Notes: a model not told the origin generated them from the sequence alone. DNA of 63,952 nucleotides, filler included, from Pirum gemmata (GCA_002812295.1; 13 parts of 13 records of this genome joined end to end with filler, not necessarily neighbours in it); one strand, 5' to 3'; positions 22,129-35,829 are shown, counted from the first letter of the whole stretch. Made by a program: numbers and translations.

Positions 22129-23094
22129 TAAAAAATTACATTTTTTTAAAAAATCATTGTAAAAATATTTGTTAAAAGAGGATAATGAACAAAAGAACAA
22201 AATAATAATTAATATCATAATAATAATAACATTTTGATAATTGTGATATATAAAAAAAAAATTGATAATAATAATAAAATCATTATGCGGAAGATCACAA
22301 AAACTCAGAATTTGGAACTGTTGATATCAATATCGGTATCGGAATTATATTAATAATAAGCTTCCCGTGTTATTTTAAAATATATTATTAATATAAACTA
22401 CTGTTACTTGTAATTGGGATCCGATTCGGAAAAAAAAAAGAAAGAAGAAAGAAGAAAATACGTACACGGTGCCATGTACCGTCTTTAGTAGTGCCAGTGT
22501 GGACTTTTGTGTAACTTAACAACTGAGCGAATTTATTTGTAAACATTTTAATTATTTATAATAGTTCTACTAGTAGACTTTACATTTTAATATTGGGTAT
22601 CCCGGTGAGTAAACCTTTTTTTGCTATAAATTATTTATTTTATTAATATAATTAATATTAATATTATTTTCAAAAATAAAAATGAATCTATTGTTCAAGT
22701 ATTTCTTAAAGCTTGCTGCATTTATAAAATAAGTAAAATTAGGGTCAGGGTTAGAGTTAGAGTTTGAGTTAGGGTTAGGGTTAGGGTTAGGGTTAGGNNN
22801 NNNNNNNNNNNNNNNNNNNNNNNNNNNNNNNNNNNNNNNNNTTAATTAATTAANNNNNNNNNNNNNNNNNNNNNNNNNNNNNNNNNNNNNNNNNNNNTTG
22901 TTGTTGCTGTTGTTGCTGTTGTTGCTGTTGTTGTTGCTATTGTTGCTGTTGTTGTTGTTTGTTGTTTGTTGTTTGTTGTTTGTTGTTTGTTGTTTGTTGT
23001 TTGTTGTTTGTTGTTTGTTTATCATCATTATCATTATCATTATCGTTTTATTATTGCCTGACAAATTCTCTCTTTCTCTCTTTCTTATAACAAG

Positions 23095-24872
23095 GTTCTT
23101 CATCTGGTAGTGTTTCAACTTCTGGAGAAAAGCCGGCAGAAAAAAGTGTATTTAGTAGACTGAGTTTTAATACCGATAACAGTGATAATAACACTAATCC
23201 CAATAGTAAACCCAATAACAGCAGTAGTGGTGGTGGTTTTGGTGTTAACAATCCAAATGACAACAATAGTAACAAAAACTCTGGTGGTGACCAAGGGTTT
23301 AGTTTTAGCAAACCTGATAATAATGGGGGTACCCCGTCTTTCAATCCTTTTGGCGACGGCAACAGTAACAAAAACAGTAATACTAACAACAATCCATTCG
23401 GTGGCAATAATAATGGCAATCATAGCAACAACGGAAACCAATATTGTACTAATTGCAATCGCGATAACCACAGGACAGAAGATTGTTCACGATGTACCAG
23501 TTGTAAATTTCTTCTTGAAAAATGTAAATGTCCAGGTGGCGCACAATCTGCTGGTGGCGGTGGTGGGTTTAATCCCAAGGGTGCAAATAGTAGTAGTGGT
23601 GGCAGCAATCCGTTTGCAGGCTCTGGTGGTAGTGGTGGCTCCGGGGGATTTTCTGCTAATCCTTTTAGTAGCAATAATAGTAATAGTAATAATGATACTA
23701 GTAGAGGTGGTTTTGGTAGGGGTCGTGGTGGTCGTGGTGGTGGGTTTGGTGGTAGTCGTGGTGGAAATAATAGTGGGTTTGGTGGTAGTAGTAGAGGTGG
23801 CTTTGGTAATGATAACAGTAGTGGTGGCGGATTCGGTAATGATAATGATGGTGGAGGTTTCAGTTTCGGTAGAGAAAGCAGTGGGAGTAGGGGTGGATTT
23901 GGAGAAAGCGGTGGTAGTAGAGGTGGAGGATTTGGTAATGGCAATACCAATAATGGTGGTGGTGGTGGTTTTGGTGGCAGTAATAGTAGAGGGGGTAGGG
24001 GTGGTGGTAATAATAGTAGTAGAGGTGGTGGTGGTAATAATAGTAGTAGAGGTGGTGGTGGTAATAATAGTAGTAGAGGTGGTGGTGGTTTTGGTGATAG
24101 TAATAGTAGAGGAGGTCATAGCAGTGGCAGTTTTGGTAGTGGTAGTACTAGTAGAGGTGGTGGTTTTGGCAGTAGTAATAGTAGAGGTGGTGGCGGTGGT
24201 GGCGGGGGTGGTTTTGGCAGTAACAATAGTGGCGGTGGTGGTGGTGGTGGTTTTGGCAGTAACAATAGTGGCGGTGGTGGTGGGGGTGGTAGAGACGGTA
24301 GTGGCGGTTTTGGTAGTAATACTAGTAGAGGTGGTGGTGGTGGTGGTAATTTTGGTGGTAATAGTAGTAGTGGTAGTAGCGGTGGTGGTTTTGGTGGTAA
24401 CAGTAGTAGAGGAGGTGGGGGTTTTGGTGGTGGCAATAGTAGAGGTGGTGGTGGTGGTTTTGGTGGTGATAATAGTAGAGGTGGTGGTAGTGGTGGCTTT
24501 AGTGGTAATAGTAGAGGTGGCGGCGGTGGTGGTGGTTTTAATGGTAATAGCAGTAGAGGTGGCGGTGGTGGTTTTGGTGGTACTAACGGTAGAGGTGGCG
24601 GTGGTAGTGGTCGCGGTGGTGGTAATAGTAGAGGTGGTTTTGGTGGTAATGATAATGGTGGTGGTGGTGGTTTTGGTGGTAATAGAGGTGGGGGAGGTAG
24701 TGGTGGGGGTGGCTTTGGTAATAATAGTACTAGTGGCGGTGGCGGTGGTGGTTTTGGTAATAATAATAGAGGCGGAGGAGGTGGTGGCGGTGGTGGTGGC
24801 TTTGGTAATAACAATGCTAGTGGCGGCGGCGGCGGTGGTGGTAGTGGTAATGTGTTTAATAGACTTGGTTAA
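23095..24872 (+). CDS. Terminal exon of Gly-rich FG/RGG protein with CCHC zinc knuckle
   Basis: Polypyrimidine acceptor caag|G (phase 1); frame reads NPFG, GGFG and SRGG repeats, CTNCNRDNHRTEDC (CX2CX4HX4C), ends GNVFNRLG*. This frame is missing from the ORF track. Confidence 0.88.
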
Positions 24873-25106
24873 GCATCATGTAAATTGGACTGAAATTAGA
24901 AATAAGAAGAAATTATGGCGAAGAACAAAAATATTTCCTTAAAAAAACTTTAATAATTACAGCAAAAGCTCCGAAAAATACCAACCAACTAAAACAACCA
25001 GCCAACACATTTTGAACCAAAATAACCAAAACCCTCCCAATACCACTATGGGTAACTGACAGTGTATATACAAAACAGTAAAACAATAAAAAATAATTTA
25101 TATAAA

Positions 25107-25330
25107 TAACAGCCAAGCCTGATAAAACTGTGTAGAAATCATTTTTTTTTTAGACTTCTTTTCTAAATCCTAGCCAAATTATTTTCAAAAACTAGCCATT
25201 GGTTCATAATAGAGTTTTCTTAGTTAACGATTTCTCAAATTTTAGTAGCGCTTTCATTAAAATTGGATCATTTTGAGATTTTTTGGATTTTCGAGCACAT
25301 ATGGCAATGTCCTCACTTTTATCTGTGGGC
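25107..25330 (+). mobile_element. Dispersed repeat or MITE family H (related copies at about 4280-4460, 34670-34797, 47872-48091, 50975-51173)
   Basis: Shared body tagccaaattattt..aaactagc.attggttc.taatagagtttt; ends TAACAGCCAA.CC.GATAAAA / TTTTATCCGGTTTGGCTGTTA. Confidence 0.6.
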
Positions 25331-25992
25331 AGGGAATCAGGGATGCATAGTTAAATTAATTGTTCTAAGATATAAGTGCCATGATAGTGACACGTGTTCC
25401 TTAATCAATTTTTATGTTATTTTACCATTTACAATCATTTTTTTTATTTTTATTTTTATTTTTATTTTTATGCGTGGTTGTTTCATGTATTTTATTTCAT
25501 AATGCCTTTTGTTATTACAATTTTATTGTAAAGTTTGTAAAACCCATTTTTTTTTTTTATTATTTATTTTTATTTTATTTTAATTTCTTTTTATTTTTTT
25601 TTTTTTTGTGGGTGATAATCAAATTACATATTATTATCATCTTGTTATTTTTGTCTTTTGTTATTACAATTTTATTGTAAAAAAAAGTTAACCCCAATTT
25701 TTTTTATTACTTCTTATTTTTTTATTCTTGTTAAAAGTAATCTTTTTTTATTCTTTTTATTTGTCCGTATTAGTTTAATTTTAATTTTAATTATTTTTTC
25801 CTGCTTGGGTGTCATTATAACTTTTCCTTTATTTATTTTGTTTATTTTTAATTTTTTTACGCTTATTATTTTGTTTTGATTTATTGTTTTGTTTTGTTTT
25901 TTACTTGTCTGGGGTTTTATCATATTTTTATTTTTATTATTTAGTTATAATATGTTAAGAACATTTTTTTTTAAAAAAAAATTGCTTTTTAA

Positions 25993-27314
25993 TTAAGAGG
26001 CAAAAAGTTTTTCTTGTGACGCATCGTCAATAATAGTTTTCAAAGCTTGATAAGTACTAACTCCACCAATAAATACCATAAATATTATAATAAAAAAACA
26101 AGCAAAAACTTCAATGGTCTTCATTTTCTCTTGCGTTTGTGTTACTGTTGGTGTTGGTGTTGGTGTAGTAGACATATTAACATCCACCATACCCGAAGTA
26201 TAATGGTCCAAATCTTCATCTAAAATCCGATTATTTTTCATAATTTGTTCTTCAACCTGCTTGGCATTTTTATCATCCGTTTCTAACGCTAAGGCTTTGT
26301 CATCTATGGCATTGCTATTGGCATCCAAGTTTTTATCAATTACAATATTTTGAGGTTCCCGGGGGGTTCTCTTAAAGTAAAATAGAGTCAAATAATACCA
26401 ACATGGACAAACAAAGCCAGAGGCTGTGATTGTAGTGGCACCGATTAAGGAAAGTACTGATCCAAAGAAGGGAATGGCAATTGCTATAAAATAACAAAAC
26501 CCAATTATTAAACATCTTTCTACTACCCTCAACAGAACAGAATATTTATGGTTATCCATGTTAAGATTAACTTCAATGGCTCTAAACAATGGGTTCATTA
26601 ACACCAAATACACTGATAATAAATGCAACAACAAACAAGCAGCCATGAACTTTGTAAAATCATTATTAGGTAAAACTTCAATCATATTTCCAAATTGAGC
26701 AACATAATTTCCATAAACTGCGTAACTAGTAACAGCAGTAATGAAGTAGATCACGGTGGAAAAGCAAAATCCAGCACAAATTGCTAAAGAAAATTTTTCT
26801 TTCTTTTTTATTTGAAAAAATAACTCCGGAAAAACTGCATGAATACCGTAAGAAAAAACGATAGTAGTAAAAGCTGTACATAAATCTAATACTGTACCCG
26901 TCAACCACACGTCTGAGGATGTATCTCCCGCTTTCGAAGCATTCCCATTGGCGCTTTCTACAATAGCTTCGATAAAAACGACAAAAAAGACAATTACAGA
27001 CGCCAACGCACCAATGAATGAGATAATAGCAACATGTTTCAATGTCTTTAAAGGAGTAAAAGGTAACACCACTGCTATAAATATTAATGCCCAGAGTTTA
27101 GAATCTAATACATTACTACCAAAGATAATTTCGAACATGCCAATCCCAGTAATAATGTAAATGACACCAATACCAAGTAAAGTACCATAAAATCCAAAAC
27201 CACTTAAAATTAAACCAGGCAAGCCATTTACATATTGACCAAGGTCAGTGTATGAACGAATTGGAAATCCATTTTCTTTATTTACAAAAGCGATACATTT
27301 TCCTAGTATATGAG
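25993..27314 (-). CDS. Amino acid transporter, AAAP/Aa_trans family (last exon)
   Basis: About 9 hydrophobic helices; motifs SYTDLG, LKTLKHVAIISFIG, FSYGIHAVFPEL, IPFFGSVLSLIGA; likely acceptor tgtag|. Confidence 0.92.
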
Positions 27315-27421
27315 CTACACATACATTATAAAAACAATGTATTAATAAATAATATACCAATAACACCAATAATATAATATAATATAANNNNNNNNNNNNN
27401 NNNNNNNNNNNNNNNNNNNNN

Positions 27422-29034
27422 NTCTACTGGTGAATCTCAATTTACAATTTCTACTTTTGGTGTGTCGACAGATAAACAAGCTGGAATGTTTTCTCTAGGA
27501 GGTTTAAGTCCTATCAAACCAGGTATTTGTTGCAATTATTATTATACATCTATAATACGTTTTGGTTTTATTGATTTTGATGCACATATTTCTATACACA
27601 GTACCTGTCATCTTCTTCCTTATTTTCATCATCCGTAACATTTTAGCATTTGTGCGTGCTCCATATATACTGTGATCGTTTTGTTCTTGGTTTGTTTTGT
27701 CTTATTGATAATCTACGTTCTTAATGACAATCGTTTTTAGTTTACTTGTTGTAATTATTTATTTATTGTTGTCATGATCTAACTTACCCTTTTAGGTGCT
27801 CCAGCCCCTAAAACGTTAGCGGCCACGCCACCATCATTTCCCAGCGTTGATGGCCAAACTAGCACTGATAAACCTTCCACCGCAGGTCAATTTAGCCTTG
27901 GCAGTACCACCAATAAGCCTTCCGCAACAGACCAATTTAGCCTTGGTAGTGGGGCATCAACATCATCATTTAGTGGGGGATCAGGGCCCGGTACATCACC
28001 CTTCGGGAAAGAAAAGCCTTCCTCTGGTACCGGTGCTCAACCTGCTTCGTTCAGTTTCAGCTCAGGTAAGCAGCCTTCTCCCTTCGGGGAAGGTAAAGCA
28101 AGTGGTTTTGCTGTCCCTCAAGCTAACAATCCTCCCGGAAGTGGCCCACCTCAATTCCAAACCCTAGAATCTGGAAAACCTACATCACTGGGGAAGCCCG
28201 GTGTAGCCGCACCGAATTTTATCGGGCAACCAAAAGAAAGCAATGCGCCATCCCCATTTGGCCAACCAAAAGAAAACAATGGAACGTCCCCGTTTGGTCA
28301 ACCAAAAGAAAGCAATGCTCCACCCACATTTGGTAAATTACCAGAAAGCATTACAGCCGCCGTACCTCAAGCTAACAAGTCTCAATTTAGTTTTTCGGGA
28401 GGGATTAAAAGTGCTGAATCTTCTAACCCGTCGCCATTTGGAAAGCCTCCCGATAACAGCGCTGCATCCCAGTTCGCCAAGCCTCCTTCATTCAGTGGTG
28501 GTGAGGCTGGGTCAACGCCTCAATTTGGATTCAGTGCTGGCTCATCCAGTAAACCTTCTGACGGCTCGAGTGGGGTAGGTGGGTTTCAATTTCCAGGTGG
28601 TTCTAAAAGTAGTGCACCACCTTCTTTTGGTAAGCCACCGGAAAACAGCGGCCCACCCTCTTTTGGTAAGCCACCGGAAAGCAACGGCCCACCCTCTTTT
28701 GGTAAGCCACCGGAAAGCAACGGCCCACCCTCTTTTGGTAAACCACCGGGAAGCAGCGGCCCACCCTCTTTTGGTAAGCCACCGGGAAGCAGCGGCCCAC
28801 CCTCTTTTGGTAAACCACTGGGAAGCAACGACCCACCCTCTTTTGGTAAACCACCAGAAAGTAGCGGTCCACCCTCTTTTGGTAACCTCTCAGAAAGCAG
28901 TGCCCCATCACCGTTTAGTAAGCCACCGGGAAGCAATGTCCCGTCTCCTTTTGGAAACCCATCAGAAAGTGGTGCTGCCCCGCAGCATAATACTTCAAAC
29001 CCATTTAACAAGCCGGGAAATGGACAGAACAGTG
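27422..29034 (+). CDS. FG-nucleoporin-like exons (27422-27522 and 27796-29034) with PSFG/SPFG repeats
   Basis: GT-AG intron 27523-27795 keeps frame; FSLG, FSFS, SPFG, 8x PPSFG; phase-1 donor at 29035. Confidence 0.85.
28616..28965 (+). repeat. Coding 36-bp tandem repeat (PPSFGKPPESNG x8 plus 2 degenerate units)
   Basis: ccaccctcttttggtaa recurs every 36 bp. Confidence 0.92.
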
Positions 29035-29274
29035 GTATATATTATGTGTGTTTGTTTGTTTGTTGTTTGTTGTTTGTTGTTTGTTGTTTGTTGTTTGTTG
29101 TTTGTTTGTTTGTTTGTTTGTTGTTTGTTGTTTGTTGTNATAATAGAAATTATAGCATCAACAACAAAAGTAACAGAATATTATTAAATGTAATATTGTT
29201 AACAATTTTATAAAATATTGTTGACAAGTTACAGGCCTTTTTTTTGGTGTGTGTTGATACATGATACCAAAACG

Positions 29275-29878
29275 ATGTTCCAAAGCCTTTTCTCAACTGT
29301 GTTTGAGAAAGCAAATGAATTTTTAGCCCCGTCGCACGTGGACTCAGAAGTAGAACCATTTTCTCCGCCCTATCTATTTCGTGAACAACAACAGAATAAG
29401 CGATATGAGTCAAAAAGGCATACTAGAGGGGGCGTTAGTTCTCAACAAAGACATGGAATTTTATTAAGCCCCACCCGAGGTGTTGTAAATAAACAAATGA
29501 AGGAACTTGTTAACCACAACAACCACAACAACCACAACAACCCCAACCCCAACCCCAACCACAACAACCACCACAACCATAACAGCTACAACCCCAGCAA
29601 CCCCGGCCACAACAACTCCAACCCCAACCCCAACCACAACAGCCACAACCCTAACCTCAACAACAGCAACGCAAAGGTTTGCCAATACCAAAATGGCAAC
29701 GTTGTTAATAGAATTGTCAATAACCAAAATGATAGTATTCACAACAAAAACAATAGCAATAAGAGAGGTATGACGACGGTGAATAAAAGCGAGGATGACT
29801 TGGTGTTGATTTTGGCTAACAGACCGAATCCTAGTGGTCTAAAGTATCGTAGGATTGTTAATTTTGGCCAAGATGTCG
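29275..29878 (+). CDS. First exon of unknown Asn/His-rich protein
   Basis: MFQSLFSTVFEKANEFL... open to a likely donor G|gtatt. Confidence 0.6.
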
Positions 29879-29962
29879 GTATTAGTTAATTTTTAATTTA
29901 GTATCGTTATTATTAATAATANNNNNNNNNNNNNNNNNNNNNNNNNNNNNNNNNNNNNNNNN

Positions 29963-29994
<32 letters not shown>

Positions 29995-30385
29995 TAAACC
30001 AGCAGAAAGGATTTCAACAGCCATTGTATAAAATTGATGTATTTGCTTAAATGATTTCAATAATAAGAACAATAACAATAACGTTAACAATAATAATAAA
30101 GATAATAATAAAGATAACGATAACGATAACAACAATAACAAGATAACGATAACAACAATAACAATATAACAATAAATAAAATTGATAATTATTATTATTT
30201 TATATAGTCTACATATAATTCTATAATCCTTTTGTGTTATTATGTTATTTCATTTTGACTACAGACTACTTCACCTAATAGTGTACTCTTAGTATCTGGA
30301 TACTCTAATAACTGCTATTGTTGTCTATCAAGAAAGGAAAAAGAAAAAGAAAAAAAAATAGTCTACTAAATAAAATAAAAGAAGG

Positions 30386-30444
<59 letters not shown>

Positions 30445-30539
30445 AAAACAGAAATCTCTAATCACTTCTATTGCTAGCAGCTTAGCTCTAGCTAGTAGCT
30501 AGCTAGTAGTAGTTCTCTAGCTAGCTAGTAGTAGCTACT

Positions 30540-30769
30540 AGTAGGGGTAAGATGACGTCATTCTATTATTGCCGAACAGCTGCCAGAACTTTTCCGATTT
30601 TTGGTTTTATTACTATTAATGTTAATATTATTACTTTAATTGGTATCTACTAAATTAGATTTACTATTTTAAGTTATTCAACTGCTATTATTAGCAAGAA
30701 ACACGGAAGTAAGGTTGGCTCGATAAGCATCTGTTCGAAAAAAGTTCCAGTAGATATATCACCCCTACT
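30540..30769 (+). mobile_element. MITE family A, copy 3
   Basis: TIRs present; 8-bp TSD tagctact. Confidence 0.92.
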
Positions 30770-31750
30770 TAGCTACTGCTACTCTAGCTAGCCGGTGACT
30801 GAAAACAAACAAAAAACATCCCACATACGTACCCCACATTTAGCCTACTTTTAAGCCTCCTGCTTAATTAATTTCCCGTTACATCCCCCCCATAAACGAC
30901 TCACGTTTACCGCGAAAAAATAATGTGCTAAAATATGTGCACATAGCTAAGGAAAACTAGATAAAATAGCCTAATCTAAATATGTTTTGAAGGTATCAAA
31001 TTACGTCACTTTTAATCCAATCGCCTACTATTTTAAGTCTATTTTAGGCTATAAGAATGAAATTCAAACCCTGCTCCTTCTGACTAAAATAAGAAGAAGA
31101 AGAAAAAGATTTTTATCTAGTTTTTTTCGACCAAAGATAATAAATTTTTAAGAAAAGAAGACTAGATAATTCGAAACTGTTTCTTGATCAAAATGAATAA
31201 AGCCTAACGAAAAAAAACCAACAACAAGATATTCTAGTGTTCTAGAATTCAGCCACCAAAGTTGTCTAGCTCTAGCTAACTTCTAGCTACCTCTCTAGCT
31301 AGTAGTAGTAGCAAAATTGTAGGTAGCTAGTAGTAGTAGCAAAATTGTAGGTAGCTAGTATCATAGCTACTAGCTAGTCGCTAGCTAGCTAGTAGTAGCT
31401 AGATAGTAGTGGTCTAAATACCAAAGTTGTTGCTAGCTAGTAGTTGTTGTCGGTCGAATAATCTAAGGAGTAGACTAGACAGTTCTACTACAGTACTACT
31501 ACCCAACCCTAACCCTAACCCTAACCCTAAAACCCTAACCCTAACCCTAAAACCCTAACCCTAACCCTAACCCTANNNNNNNNNNNNNNNNNNNNNNNNN
31601 NNNNNNNNNNNNNNNNNNNTTAATTAATTAANNNNNNNNNNNNNNNNNNNNNNNNNNNNNNNNNNNNNNNNNNNNTGATTATGATTATTATTATGATTAA
31701 CGAATTCATAATGATAATAATAATGTTAATTTCGAATATACATACATTAG

Positions 31751-33114
31751 GTATCATCAGTCAAGAGAAGGGGGGTCCATTCATACTGATAATGTTAATA
31801 TTCCTGAGATTTGGGAATATATGTTTTTATCTTGTATAAAACCTGCTTTACTTGGTGGTGAAACTATACTTTGTAGCACTTTTACCATTCATAATATACT
31901 CATGGAAATTGCACCGAGTGCCATCGATGTATTACGTCAAGATTTCTGGTGGGAGTATCGCGGATTTAATGATCAATTTTACCGTGCACCGATTCTGTTT
32001 TACAATGAAAAAGGAGGTTATTATTCTTTTTATTTTATTTTATTATTTTTTATATTGATAGTGATAATGATAGTGACGGTGATGACGATGATGATAGTGA
32101 TAGTGGTAGTGATAGTGATGGTGGTAAGGATAATGATAATGATAATGATAATGACAATGATAATGATAGTGACAATGATAATGATAATGATAATGATAAT
32201 GACAATGATAATGATGATGCTAATGATAATGATGATGATAATGATAATGATGATAATGATAATGATAATGATAATGATAATGATAATGATAATGTTAATG
32301 TTAATGTTAATGTTAATGTTAACTTTAATGTTCATGGAATGATAATGATAATGACAATGACAATGCCAATGATAACTTGATAATGATAATGATAATGATA
32401 ATGATAACCTGATAATGGTTTTGATAATCGTAATTTTTATAATTATTATATAGTTTATTCGTTGAAATAATAATATAACCTTTAACACTTTTATATTGTT
32501 ATGATAGTGTTACTGATATTTATAACTATGTCAAGCTTTCTTTAATTTATTTTATTCATTAATATTGTCATTTCAATTATTATTATTTTCCTATTCTCAA
32601 AAGTTAATTGACTCTTATTATGTTCTTAATTTACCCACATGGTGTAAAATAGAACGAATTTAAAAAATTAGTTTTAAAGTTTTATATTTACTTTTTGAAT
32701 TTACGTATTTCATTCCAACAAAAATAATATTTAACTATATATATATATATATATATATGATGTACTAATAATTATAATATATTTTACATAGAGCCAATGC
32801 TAAGATATTTAAGAGATTATCTTGAATCAGCTTATATAAGAAAAGAAATAACCCTTACGGATGAACAGATTTGGGCTATGGATATGCTGGATTGCGTTGC
32901 ACAAATTTCTGATGTTCAACTGAGGTATAATTTAAAAGCAGGCGAAACCTTACTTTGTACTGATGTTAGTGTATTACATGGTCGTACACCATTTGTTGAT
33001 TATACATCGGCAAAACAATTGTATGATCAAAACGCGGGGAAAAATAGATTACTTCAACGCACATGGGTGAAAAAAATTTATAATACAGAGAAAACTCAGC
33101 AAATTTCGTTTTAG
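31751..33114 (+). CDS. TauD/TfdA (clavaminate-synthase-like) Fe(II)/2-oxoglutarate dioxygenase, exons 31751-32016 and 32792-33114 (5' partial)
   Basis: HTD iron motif, GGET, distal HGR, RLLQRTWV; frame preserved across a GT-AG intron. Confidence 0.88.
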
Positions 33115-34219
33115 TTTAGATATGTTCGATTTTCTCTATATTTCGGGCTAGTTCAAAGAAAATTGGGTAGCGCAAAAGCTGGTTCGGAGAGCGGATTTCG
33201 CGAAACCTGTGCACCTACAGGGACCGAAAAACCCGAAACCCCCCCGAAAACACTTTTTCGCTACAGGGGCCGGAGGGGGTTTTCGGAAAAAAGCTCAACA
33301 GGGGGGACACCTAAAGGTACTGGAAGGTCAGTTATTTTAAGGTAATGGGACAAATAAGACCGAAAAAATACCGAAAAAATACCTTTCGCTATCTAAATTA
33401 TATTTATTGATATATAAATAAATAATAAATATCATAAAGGTACTGGAAGGTAAAGGAAAGCTATATGATACTACCCAAGGCCCCCAGAAGGTACTGAAGG
33501 TACATAGGCTAGGGTACAGAGGTGACCAAAAAGACCTCTTTTCCATTCCATTTTATTTATTATTTCTAATAAAGAAAAAATGATGATTGAACCTTAACAG
33601 TAACAGTATTAGTGGAGGAGGAGCAAGTAAAGAATAAGTGGTGAATGTAATGTACTAAATGTAATAACCCATTATTTCATTGAATTTTATTAATTAATAA
33701 ACAATACGATAATATTATATCACAGTACACCCTTTCTTTTCTTTTCTATTTATTTATTATTTTTAGTTTATTATTGTTTCTTTGAAATTTTTCAAATTCT
33801 TTCCCTGTAGCCCAAACTCTGACCCCTATTTATATATAATAATTATAGTGCTTTTCAGTTGTTTTGTCATTATAAAGTATACACCTGTAGCCCAAACTCT
33901 CTGACCCCTATTTTTATATAATAATTATAGTGCTTTTCAGTTGTTTATAAAGTATACAATAAATATATAGTACCAAATTAATATAATATAAATTCATTTA
34001 ATCTAATATAGATGTGTGTATATTAATATTATGGTATTAATATAATATATTATTATTAATATAATTATGAAAAGTAAAAGTAGTATTAATATTATATATT
34101 AATATTAAAATAGTAGTGGTAGTAGCAGTATAGTTGTAGTAGTAGTAGTAGTAGTAGTAGTAGCAGTAGTAGTACTAGTACTAGTAGTAGTAGTATTAAT
34201 AGTAGCAGTAGTATTAATG

Positions 34220-34286
<67 letters not shown>

Positions 34287-34795
34287 ACTAGTAATAGTAG
34301 TAGTAGTAGTAGTATTAAAATAGTAATATTAATAGTTATAGTAAGTATTAATGCTACTATTATTAATAATACTACTGTACTTACTACTACTATATATATA
34401 GCTACTACTAGCTAGTATACGTAGTAGCTATATATAGTAGTAATAGTAGTAATAGTAGTAGTAGTAGTAGTAGTAGTACAAGTTAAAACCGAATGACAAT
34501 CAAATCATTAACTTATACAAAAGTATTATATAAATAATTGTAACTATATATATATTCCTGTACTAGAAAACCATAATGGAACTAATACCAAGTTTGGTTC
34601 ATCTTCGAATTCTTCCTCTTCCTTTCCATAATAATATATCATATAACTGTAAACCTACTGCCACTTCTTCGGAAGTTCGGATAAAACTGCAGAAATCTTT
34701 TTTTTTATTAATATTATATCATAGTTTTTTTTTAAAAAACTAGCAAAATTATTAACATTAAAAAAACTGTCCGTTGGTTCATAATAGAGTTTTCT

Positions 34796-34985
34796 TATAG
34801 TGCTTTTCAGTTGTTTTGTCATCATAAAATATACAATAAATAATACCAAATTAATATAATATAAATCCATTTCATTTAATTTGGTATATTTTACTATATA
34901 TATATGTTTATTTAAAAGTATCAAATTAAATATTATAAACAACCAAATAAAATTCGTAATGACAAAATAAATGAAAAGTACTATA
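34796..34985 (+). mobile_element. MITE family E abutting a truncated family H copy
   Basis: TATAGTGCTTTTCA...TGAAAAGTACTATA. Confidence 0.8.
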
Positions 34986-35119
34986 GTTATAAACGATTGC
35001 AATGCCTACAATGACAGGCCCTACATGCCAGCTGTGTCCAAAGTTGTTCCTTGATGACTAAGCTTTATTATGCTTTTGCAATACTTCACCGTTTTCAAAA
35101 CTTTTTGATTCACAGTGAA

Positions 35120-35153
35120 CAAGGANNNNNNNNNNNNNNNNNNNAACTCCTTG
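35120..35153. mobile_element. Family G element (centre is an N gap)
   Basis: CAAGGA...AACTCCTTG; 7-bp TSD cagtgaa. Confidence 0.75.
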
Positions 35154-35368
35154 CAGTGAAGCTCATCGCTTTTGTGATTAGTGCTGTTGTTAAGTGGTGT
35201 TAGTAGTAGTAGTCATACCGGTGGTAGTAGTAATAGTGGTATTAGTAGGTAATGGTAGTAGTAGTGGTAGTATATTACCACACCCCTTTCTACTACTAGC
35301 TAGTAGCTAGCTAGCTAGTAGAGAGCTAGCTATCATAGTATCATAGACTAGTAGCTATTAATTAATAC

Positions 35369-35493
35369 TGCGTAACGCCAACTTCCCGACAAATACAGCT
35401 TCAAATACCTCTACCTACCTACCGCTCGACGTTAATTTCCGGTCAAATACCACCTACCTACCTACCCCTTGACGTGACGTATTATTTGAACGC
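35369..35493 (+). mobile_element. MITE family D (ends eroded)
   Basis: Matches 10615-10760. Confidence 0.82.
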
Positions 35494-35829
35494 AATACCT
35501 GATGCCCGAGCGGCAAANNNNNGAGCGGCAAAAAAAAAAAAAAACGTCAAAAAAAAAAAACAAACAATAGATAAAGGAGGGATTCTTAGTAGTAGAGTTT
35601 GTATTTTTTGGACGGCGAATCCTAATCTGAAATCAAAATATAACACTTACTAAGCGAAAAACGGACTTATCGCACTCTTATCTACTTTTTTTATTTGAGC
35701 CAATTACAGTAGACCCTGCAGCTCGTTTTTTTATTTATTTTTTTTGGTCCACAAAAAAATAGTAAGTAGATAGGTTCGAAAGGTAAAATACCAAAAAAAA
35801 AAAAAAAAAATTGATATCCCCATTAGTGA

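Noticed and set aside
22740..22797. Telomeric arrays at contig ends as true chromosome ends or nanochromosomes
   Set aside because: Genes are cut mid-intron at contig ends, other microsatellites also end contigs, and the arrays at 18187 and 31506 have the wrong polarity for a right-hand end
23182..24942. 586-aa Val-rich ORF and the Pro/Thr-rich antisense ORFs
   Set aside because: Shadow frames of the Gly/FG/RGG exon, which has a splice acceptor, a CCHC motif and a stop at 24872
28616..28965. 36-bp repeats as a CRISPR array
   Set aside because: Contiguous units without unique spacers; they encode PPSFGKPP repeats in a spliced eukaryotic exon
27847..29187. ORF-track proteins 27847-28167, 28243-28578, 28579-29187 and their antisense ORFs
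   Set aside because: Alternative frames of the FG-repeat exon
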